A DNA stretch of 14,607 bases from Candidatus Hydrogenedentota bacterium (lineage in GTDB: Bacteria; Hydrogenedentota; Hydrogenedentia; Hydrogenedentales; SLHB01). Below, in pieces: positions 8,339 to 14,607 of this stretch (position 1 is the stretch's first letter; every line of letters starts with the position of its first letter). Below the pieces are notes generated by a model. It was not told the DNA's origin. It saw nothing but the letters and a program-made list of their open reading frames with translations, and made no database searches. Location of the stretch: positions 1 to 14,607 of the forward strand of contig BTVY01000082.1 of NCBI GenBank assembly GCA_045863335.1. Reading direction: 5' to 3'. The position numbers and the translations under genes are program-made.

Positions 8339-10954
8339 ATGATGCGACGCCTCATTCGAGAATCGGACGACCGGCTGGTCCGCGACACGCTCGCGGGAGA
8401 TCAACAAGCGTTTGCTCGCCTCGTGGAACGCTATCTACAAACGGCGCATGCGGTCGCCTTCGCGCAGACGGGCAACCACGCCGACGCCGAGGACTCGACA
8501 CAGGACGCCTTCCTCAAGGTCTACCAATCCCTGGATACCTTGCGGGATCGAAGCCGTTTCGGTCCTTGGCTGGCCGCCCTGACACGCAACACCGCCATCG
8601 ACCTGGTCCGCAAACGGCAACGGCGCGACAAACTGGCCGATCAACTTCCCTGGCACGAGGCTCTGCACAACATGGAACCTGAACGTCGCGACGAAGCGGA
8701 ACTGGTGCGGGCGAAGGTGATGGCCATGGACGAGGGTCCGCGTGAAGTGATTCTGCTTTACTACTTCGCGGGCCACACGCTGCGGGAAATCGCCCAACTG
8801 CTGAACATCTCGAAGCCGGCCGCGCAGAAGCGGCTCGTCCGCGCGCGAGAGCAGTTGAGCGAATCGGTGATTCGCGCGTTGGGCGCAGAGCCATCCCACA
8901 TCCACACGCGTGACGCACGGGTAAGGAAGGTGATGGGGGCAATTGCTGCCGCGCCCGTCGCGTGGGACGCAACAGCTGCATCCGCGGGCGTGGGCGCTTC
9001 AGTCGCCGCGCTGGCGGCGCCCAAGACACTAGCGCTGATAGCGCTGGTGTGCGCGGGCGCCGGGCTCGCTCTCTGGCAGTTGGTACGCGATGGCGAAGTC
9101 CCGCCTCCGCCGGCAGAGGTTTCGCGTGAGTCGGACACGATCGAATCGCCGGAAAGCGAAGGCATTTTCGAGCAACTGCTCAGCGACGTTCCTGCAGCGA
9201 CACATCAGTCTGAATCCGTTGACGCTGCGCCAGCGTCAACGCCACAGATCCAGGGACACGTGATCGACGAAACGGGCAAGCTCATGGCCGGCGTGAAGGT
9301 GCTGCCCCGGCTTGTCACCATGAAAGAGGACGGCACGGAAGAGTTAGCCAGGGGCGAAGTCCAGGTCGATACCGGTACGGATGGCGCATTCGAAATTGAT
9401 GAACTCGCGCCGGGCACGTATGACGTGCAATTGCTCGTGCCTCCCGCGAACGTGTTCTCATCGAAATCATTCAAGCGGTTCACGCTCGCTGCGGACGATG
9501 TCGTTGATGGCATGCAGATCGTCTACGACCGCACGCAGGGCGTTCCCATCTTCGGTCGTGTCGTCGATCTGAATGGCAATCCCGTTTCCGATGCCAGTGT
9601 TTCCGACAAAGGCGGTCCCCTCGTCATGACCAAGACCAACAACGCTGGCGAGTTCTCCTTCATCCGCTTTGAAGAAGGACTCTTCAACCTCTACGCGTCG
9701 CACCCGGATCATGGTTCGGTGTCGCTGTTGTCGCAGGAGCCGCGGGCGGAAGGCTTTGAACTGGTTCTCGGCGGTCAAGGCGCGATCGAGGGACAGGTTG
9801 TCGCGGCGGAGACGGGGGAACCACTAACGGATTTCTCGATCGCGCACGCGCGCGGGAGGAACACGGAATTCTCGTGGGGAATGAACCTCAAGCTACAGCC
9901 AACGCATGACGACGACGGCCGGTTCTCGCTGACTAATGTACAGGCCGGCGACGTGACGCTCATTTCCCGAGCTCCGGGCCGGGCGTTGAAGTTCCACACC
10001 GGCGAGCGCGTCATTCCCGGCCAGACCACGTCCGGCGTGGTCATCACGCTCGAACCAGGCGTCTCGCTCGAAGGCCGCGTGGTGGACGCGTCCGGAGCGC
10101 CCGTATCCGGAACGATGGTCTTTGAAGGACCCATACCCCGCGTGTCCCCGATGTATTATCCGGATCTTGCAGGCGCCAGGTCGGATGAGACAGGCCAGTT
10201 TGTATTGAACGATCTGTCGCGCGCGACAAACAAAGTCTCCGCCTATCATGAAGACCACCAGCCGGGTGGTGTTGTGAATGTGGATCTGTCGGGGGACGCG
10301 CCGAACACGGTCACCATCACGCTCGGGGGCGGTGGCGCGATCCAAGGGCGCGTGCTGCTCGGCGATCAACCCCTGGCCGGGGCGCACATTCAACTGCTGG
10401 TAGAAGACGGCCAACAAACCGGCCGCACGGCCGCGCAGACGGATGCGCAGGGCCGGTATATATTGCCTCACCTGTCAGCTTGCGAGGGCCAACTTCGCGC
10501 CGACATCAGCCTCGGCCCGGGCATCATGAACGAGCGAATGCGGTTTCTTCCGATTGTGGTGGAAGCCGATGAAACGACCATCGCAGACTTCACGTTTCCT
10601 GTCAACGAGTGCCGAGTCGCAGGATTACTCAGCTACAATGGCGTACCGCCACAGCACATGGGGATCTCGATCGACATCCTCGGCTCGGACGGTGTTCGTG
10701 AATCTTTCATCGTGCCCGTAGAAACAGACGGAACGTACGTAATCGAGAACGTACCGTCGGGCACTGTCACCTTCAGTCTCGCATGGGAACGGGAGCCCAA
10801 CACGCGCGCCGGTTGGCCCACTGCGCTGGAGTACGCTATTGCACCCGGCCAGACGTTGCAGCAGGATTTCATATTCGAGGGGTCCAACCCAGACACGGAA
10901 CAAGGATTCTGGGACGCGATTGTCGCCGAGTGGCCTTCGGACGAATTGCGATGA
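8339..10954 (+). CDS. ECF (sigma-70 group 4) sigma factor fused to a TM helix and extracytoplasmic carboxypeptidase-regulatory-like repeats
   Basis: Sigma region 2 (GDQQAFARLVERY, DAEDSTQDAFLKVY, FGPWLAALTRN), region 4 (REVILLYYFAGHTLREIAQLLNISKPAAQKRLVRAREQL), Ala-rich linker and TM (TLALIALVCAGAGLALWQL). Repeats follow: IQGHVIDETGK, IFGRVVDLNGNPVSDA, IEGQVVAAETGEPL, LEGRVVDASGAPVSG and IQGRVLLGDQPLAGA. The start is ambiguous (TTG 8333, ATG 8339 or ATG 8342). Confidence 0.92.
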   Translation: MMRRLIRESDDRLVRDTLAGDQQAFARLVERYLQTAHAVAFAQTGNHADAEDSTQDAFLKVYQSLDTLRDRSRFGPWLAALTRNTAIDLVRKRQRRDKLADQLPWHEALHNMEPERRDEAELVRAKVMAMDEGPREVILLYYFAGHTLREIAQLLNISKPAAQKRLVRAREQLSESVIRALGAEPSHIHTRDARVRKVMGAIAAAPVAWDATAASAGVGASVAALAAPKTLALIALVCAGAGLALWQLVRDGEVPPPPAEVSRESDTIESPESEGIFEQLLSDVPAATHQSESVDAAPASTPQIQGHVIDETGKLMAGVKVLPRLVTMKEDGTEELARGEVQVDTGTDGAFEIDELAPGTYDVQLLVPPANVFSSKSFKRFTLAADDVVDGMQIVYDRTQGVPIFGRVVDLNGNPVSDASVSDKGGPLVMTKTNNAGEFSFIRFEEGLFNLYASHPDHGSVSLLSQEPRAEGFELVLGGQGAIEGQVVAAETGEPLTDFSIAHARGRNTEFSWGMNLKLQPTHDDDGRFSLTNVQAGDVTLISRAPGRALKFHTGERVIPGQTTSGVVITLEPGVSLEGRVVDASGAPVSGTMVFEGPIPRVSPMYYPDLAGARSDETGQFVLNDLSRATNKVSAYHEDHQPGGVVNVDLSGDAPNTVTITLGGGGAIQGRVLLGDQPLAGAHIQLLVEDGQQTGRTAAQTDAQGRYILPHLSACEGQLRADISLGPGIMNERMRFLPIVVEADETTIADFTFPVNECRVAGLLSYNGVPPQHMGISIDILGSDGVRESFIVPVETDGTYVIENVPSGTVTFSLAWEREPNTRAGWPTALEYAIAPGQTLQQDFIFEGSNPDTEQGFWDAIVAEWPSDELR

Positions 10955-11002
10955 CGTGCGCGATGCAATTTCGTCGAAGCCAAAGCACGACCATCTTTCA
11001 GG

Positions 11003-12154
11003 CTAACGCCCTAACAACTCCTCCTCCTCAAACGCCACCCGCACGTCGCCTTGCATCGTCGTCATCCAAATCGTGCCGGGCTGCGCTTCGAAGACGTACG
11101 AGTACGCCAGCGACGCACCGGGCCGCCGCGCGATGACGACCGGCTCAGTCCACGTCGCACCGTCGTCCTCCGAAAAGGCGACGGACAACTCGCCGCGGTG
11201 GTTGCTGACGCGTTCGTCGGACCATTGGTTGTCGCCGCCGCGCATGAGGTCTTCCGGCGTCGCATCGAGCCCTTCGGGAATGGGCCGATTCCATACGAGT
11301 AGAAGGCGTCCGCTCGCGAGGCGTGTCAAGGTGCCGGGGGAACTGCTTGCGGGAATGCCGGAGGGCTGAAGCGTGCGGAAATCCTCGCCGTGGTTCGGCG
11401 AGTAGGTGGACCAGAATTCGCCGAGATTGGTCCGGCACAAGAGCCACACGCGTCCGTCTTTCAATTCCACGAGCGTGCCTTCGATCAAGCCGTCGTGGTG
11501 ACCGCGCCCGCCGATGTCGAGAAAGTTGGACCGATGCCACGTCTTGCCGTCGTCCGTCGAGTAGCGCGGACGCAAGGCGTGCCGTCCGTCCTCGTACATC
11601 AGCTCCTGTACCGGCGTGACGAGTGTTCCCTGGCTCGTCTGGATCATGCTGTGCACGTCGCCGCAATAGCCGTCGTAGATCTTCTGCGCGTCGATCCAGG
11701 TGTTCCCGTCGTCCACGCTGCGGATAGCCCACACGTCGAGGTCCGTCTCCGGTTCCGGCAGACTTTTCTCCGCGTTCCACTTCCACGTGTACTCGGCCAT
11801 GTTCATGAACACGAGCACGATGGTCCCGTCCGCGGTGCGCACCATCGCGCGCTCCGACGACACCTTGAGATTCTGGTCCGGCGAGAACAGGGGACGCGTC
11901 TCCCACGTCTCCCCCTCGTCGTGACTCACAATAGCATTCGTGCCCTGGATGCCAAGGATGCCGCCATCGCCGAGACGCACGAAGGGGCCTTGGGGCAATG
12001 AACCTTTCCATGTCACGGCAGGGTGGATTTCGAGCGTTCCGCCTTTGACCTCCACCTGTTGCCAGGCTGCGTCCGGATTGGATTCCTGCGCGCTCGCCGC
12101 AATAAGGCCGCCCACGAGAAGAACTAGGATTATGCCGCACCAGTGATTTCGCAT
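11003..12154 (-). CDS. Secreted BNR/Asp-box repeat beta-propeller protein (sialidase/GH33-like)
   Basis: Signal peptide MRNHWCGIILVLLVGGLIAASA and Asp-boxes SHDEGETW, SVDDGNTW, STDDGKTW, SPNHGEDF and SEDDGATW. Also EGTLVELKDGRVWLLCR, RLASGRLLLVWN and a C-terminal AYSY. Start at ATG 12154. Confidence 0.85.
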   Translation of the reverse strand: MRNHWCGIILVLLVGGLIAASAQESNPDAAWQQVEVKGGTLEIHPAVTWKGSLPQGPFVRLGDGGILGIQGTNAIVSHDEGETWETRPLFSPDQNLKVSSERAMVRTADGTIVLVFMNMAEYTWKWNAEKSLPEPETDLDVWAIRSVDDGNTWIDAQKIYDGYCGDVHSMIQTSQGTLVTPVQELMYEDGRHALRPRYSTDDGKTWHRSNFLDIGGRGHHDGLIEGTLVELKDGRVWLLCRTNLGEFWSTYSPNHGEDFRTLQPSGIPASSSPGTLTRLASGRLLLVWNRPIPEGLDATPEDLMRGGDNQWSDERVSNHRGELSVAFSEDDGATWTEPVVIARRPGASLAYSYVFEAQPGTIWMTTMQGDVRVAFEEEELLGR

Positions 12155-12237
12155 GGTTGCACCCCCGCAAGTATCGTTTGCTTCGTTCGTTCTTATCGTA
12201 CCACGGCATGGGCACCACACGCCGCTACCTGCCGATG

Positions 12238-12406
12238 AAGATGGGTCCCCGCCTTCGCGGGGATGACGGTTTGGACCGGAGCTGGATGCTCGACCTGTGC
12301 ATGTTTATGATTGACTTCAATGGCTTGCGCGAGAGGATATCGACGGAGCCAAGAGAACGGTCGCAAAACCAAGTCCGTCATCCCCGCGTAGGCGGGGACC
12401 CATCTT
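12238..12406. repeat. Inverted REP-like doublet C (32-bp arms, 105-bp spacer)
   Basis: 12238-12269 AAGATGGGTCCCCGCCTTCGCGGGGATGACGG is the reverse complement of 12375-12406 with 1 mismatch. It is of the GTCATCCCCGCG-n-AGGCGGGGA-n-CCA palindromic repeat type. Confidence 0.88.
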
Positions 12407-12462
12407 TGAATTACGCTAGATACTTGCGCGAAGCACAAGAAACATCATAGAGGAGCCATCCC

Positions 12463-13395
12463 ATGCCTCGACCGGTTGGATCGTCTTGGACCATCACCCG
12501 CCGCGATTTTCTTCGCGCGACCGGTGCGGCTTTCGCCGCACTGCCGCTGTTGAGCGAAGCCGCTCTCGGAGAATCGCGGCCAGCCCGGTTTGGCATGGTC
12601 ACGGATTGCCATTACGCGGATCGCGAACCCGGCGGGTCGCGCCACTACCGGGAGTCCTTGCCGAAGCTGGACGAGTGCGTTCAGCACATGAATGGGCAAG
12701 ACCTCGACTTCCTCATCGAACTGGGCGATATGAAGGACCAGGATGCGAAGCCCGATGAAGCGAAGACCATCGAGTATCTCAAGGAGATCGAGGGGGCCTT
12801 TGCAGGGTTTGGCGGGCCGCGCTATCACGTGCTGGGCAACCACGACATGGACAGCATTTCGAAGGCGCAGTTCATGGCGCAGGTCGAGAACACGGGAATC
12901 GCGCCGAATGACACCTACTATTCCTTCGATGCGAGCGGGATTCACTACATCGTGCTGGACGCGAATTACACGAGCGCCGGTGCAGACTATGACCACGGCA
13001 ACTTTGATTGGACCGACGCTAACGTCCTCGGCGGGCAGATTGAATGGCTCGAAAGCGACCTGGTGGATACGGAATTGCCGGTGCTCGTGTTTTGCCATCA
13101 GCGGCTCGACGGCGCAGGCGATCTCTTCGTCAACAACGCTGAGCCGGTGCGCGCGGCCTTGGAAGCGAGCGGAAAGGTATTGGGCGTGTTTCACGGCCAC
13201 CATCATGCCGGGGATTACTCGCTCATCAATGGCATCCACTACTACACCTTGAAAGCGGTGGTCGAAGGCTCGGGTCCGGAAAACAGCGCCTATGCGACCG
13301 TGGAGATTGACGGCGAAGGCAATATGATGGTGACGGGATACCGGCAGGCGGTCTCGAAGGAATTGGGGAAGGAAGCGGCCGTCTCGGCGGGCTGA
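12463..13395 (+). CDS. Tat-exported calcineurin-like metallophosphoesterase
   Basis: Twin-arginine signal TRRDFLR. Metal motifs DCHY, LGDMKD, VLGNHD, FCHQ and FHGHHH. RBS GAGGAG at about 12450-12455. Confidence 0.9.
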   Translation: MPRPVGSSWTITRRDFLRATGAAFAALPLLSEAALGESRPARFGMVTDCHYADREPGGSRHYRESLPKLDECVQHMNGQDLDFLIELGDMKDQDAKPDEAKTIEYLKEIEGAFAGFGGPRYHVLGNHDMDSISKAQFMAQVENTGIAPNDTYYSFDASGIHYIVLDANYTSAGADYDHGNFDWTDANVLGGQIEWLESDLVDTELPVLVFCHQRLDGAGDLFVNNAEPVRAALEASGKVLGVFHGHHHAGDYSLINGIHYYTLKAVVEGSGPENSAYATVEIDGEGNMMVTGYRQAVSKELGKEAAVSAG

Positions 13396-13397
13396 AG

Positions 13398-13458
13398 CAC
13401 ACGGACCTGCACGGACCTGCACGGACCTGCACGGACACACACGGACACACACGGACAC
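13398..13458 (+). repeat. 10-bp-period CACGGAC array 2 (6 units)
   Basis: CACGGAC starts at 13400, 13410, 13420, 13430, 13440 and 13450, with spacers CTG, CTG, CTG, ACA and ACA. Confidence 0.92.
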
Positions 13459-13480
13459 TCCAGACGAATAGGAATGGGCG

Positions 13481-13672
13481 CTACTCGCCTTCTTGTCGTA
13501 GATCGACGTAGACTTCGCCGTCGGGATCAACCGTCGCACGGACGATGATCGGACGGCAGCAGACTTCGCAGTCTTCCACATACTCCTGCTCCGCGACGCT
13601 GCAATCGACGATGAGTTCAATCGGCGCCGCGCAGTAGGGGCAACGCGCGGGGACGGTTTCCATTGCGCTCAT
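13481..13672 (-). CDS. CPXCG motif-containing cysteine-rich (probable Zn-binding) small protein
   Basis: CPYCAAPIELIVDCSVAEQEYVEDCEVCCRPI matches the family pattern CPxC...D-x-S-x-x-x-Q-x-Y-x-EDC-x-VCC-x-PI. The start could be 13687, 13672 or 13663. Confidence 0.88.
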   Translation of the reverse strand: MSAMETVPARCPYCAAPIELIVDCSVAEQEYVEDCEVCCRPIIVRATVDPDGEVYVDLRQEGE

Positions 13673-13880
13673 AACCTTGGACTCCACAGTTTACAGTACC
13701 TTCATGCCTAAAGACTTCGAAGCCTTACCGCATCCGCCCATGTAACACACGAATGGCCGCGCGGTATTCATAGCTGTGAATGCTGGGACCGATTGACAAA
13801 CCAGCGTGGGTCTGGCGGCGTGTGCAAGTTCGTGTGCACCCACGAATTGCACGCGCATGCAAGAACAAGGAGGTTACCTA

Positions 13881-14003
13881 ATGTTTTGTGACGTCTTGGT
13901 CAGTACCTTGTGGCAGTTGGCGGAGATTCCGGTGGTCGGCGGGTTCTTCGAGTTCCTGTTGGGAATCGTGAGCAACTTCTGTCCGGTCGCCATGGCCGTG
14001 TAG
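13881..14003 (+). CDS. Putative 40-aa hydrophobic/amphipathic small peptide
   Basis: Near-perfect SD AAGGAGGT (13867-13874) lies 6 nt before ATG 13881. Peptide is MFCDVLVSTLWQLAEIPVVGGFFEFLLGIVSNFCPVAMAV, followed by a terminator-like hairpin. Confidence 0.7.
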   Translation: MFCDVLVSTLWQLAEIPVVGGFFEFLLGIVSNFCPVAMAV

Positions 14004-14025
14004 GGTCGGCTGCGTTTGCGCAGCG

Positions 14026-14066
14026 GCCGCCGGGATGCATTGCGCATCCCGGCGGCGTGTGCTTTT
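14026..14066 (+). terminator. Probable intrinsic terminator after the small peptide gene
   Basis: Perfect 13-bp stem GCCGCCGGGATGC-ATTGC-GCATCCCGGCGGC (14026-14056) followed by GTGTGCTTTT. It lies between convergent genes. Confidence 0.65.
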
Positions 14067-14155
14067 CGGACGTGTGGATTCCGGCTGGCGCGAGTGAAAG
14101 CAGAGACGTCAGATATCTCAGGGACAAAAGGGACGAAGATGGAATTCCCCCTTCG

Positions 14156-14518
14156 TTAGTTCTCGCGCTTCGCTTTCTTCACCATCCGGTTGATCCAGAG
14201 ATCGATGTAGTCGCTGCCGACCTCGGCGATCACGTCGATCCCTTGCGTGCGGCCGAAGGACACGGCGGCGTCGCGCGCCATCTCACGGGCGCGGCGGCGT
14301 TCGGCGGCGGTGAGCTTGCCGTCTTCGCTGGCATCCTTGATGGCGCGGACGTAGGTCTGATAGGTCTGGTCGACGCCGGCTTCAAGGGCCGTGACGGCGT
14401 CGGCGTAGCGGCGTTCCTTGGCGCGCTGGTACCAGTCCTGGGACTTGAAGAAGGTCCAGGCTGCACCGAAGACGGCGCCGAGCAAGGTAATGCTGGTTTC
14501 GGAAACAAGGTTTTCCAT
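14156..14518 (-). CDS. Hypothetical protein with N-terminal TM, resembling LL-H-type phage holin-like proteins
   Basis: AAAGGAG RBS, one N-terminal hydrophobic helix, then a helical segment ALEAGVDQTYQTYVRAIKDASEDGKLTAAERRRA and a basic C-terminus. The CDS is well supported; the holin-like call is from recalled pattern only. Confidence 0.6.
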   Translation of the reverse strand: MENLVSETSITLLGAVFGAAWTFFKSQDWYQRAKERRYADAVTALEAGVDQTYQTYVRAIKDASEDGKLTAAERRRAREMARDAAVSFGRTQGIDVIAEVGSDYIDLWINRMVKKAKREN

Positions 14519-14552
14519 GGAAGATGCTCCTTTGGGTTGGATTGGGGAAGAG

Positions 14553-14607
14553 ACACGGACTTACACGGACTTACACGGACTTACACGGACTTACACGGAC
14601 TTACACG
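14553..14607 (+). repeat. 10-bp tandem repeat ACACGGACTT x5.5 (CACGGAC array 3), truncated by the window end
   Basis: Perfect units start at 14553, 14563, 14573, 14583 and 14593, with a partial unit at 14603. Confidence 0.95.

Noticed and set aside
13806-13880. GTG 13806 or ATG 13857 as start of the small peptide ORF
   Set aside because: The only strong SD precedes ATG 13881, and the upstream segment forms a hairpin that is better explained as leader.
14134-14155. Terminator for the holin-like gene
   Set aside because: The stem is short and mismatched (CGAAG/CTTCG) with a displaced T-run, so support is insufficient.
13398-14607. CRISPR array interpretation of the CACGGAC repeats
   Set aside because: Units are 10 bp with 3-nt variable parts, there are no 25-45 bp unique spacers, and there are no cas genes.

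Overview
GC-rich bacterial chromosomal window. The gene repertoire resembles Planctomycetota or Candidatus Hydrogenedentes-type genomes, but that is inference only. It encodes an NCS2/AzgA-type nucleobase permease, a class I SAM methyltransferase and an ankyrin-repeat protein. The centre holds a blaI-like repressor translationally coupled to a 1130-aa BlaR1/M56 peptidase, with tandem TACTA-N6-TAGTA operators, followed by a small membrane protein that sits behind a decayed sugar-ABC-permease remnant. Divergently there is an 870-aa ECF sigma factor fused to a transmembrane helix and a large extracytoplasmic beta-sandwich region. The right part has a BNR/Asp-box beta-propeller (sialidase-like) protein, a Tat-exported metallophosphoesterase, a CPXCG Cys-rich protein, an unannotated 40-aa hydrophobic peptide with its own expression signals, and a holin-like orphan. 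The intergenic DNA is unusually rich in repeats: three unrelated inverted REP-like doublets and three 10-bp-period CACGGAC arrays. A 9-bp GATC repeat also lies in frame inside the M56 gene. The most notable items are the two transmembrane signalling modules with similar sensor-domain architecture, the dispersed CACGGAC arrays and the small peptide unit. No database searches were run; all family calls come from motif recognition.
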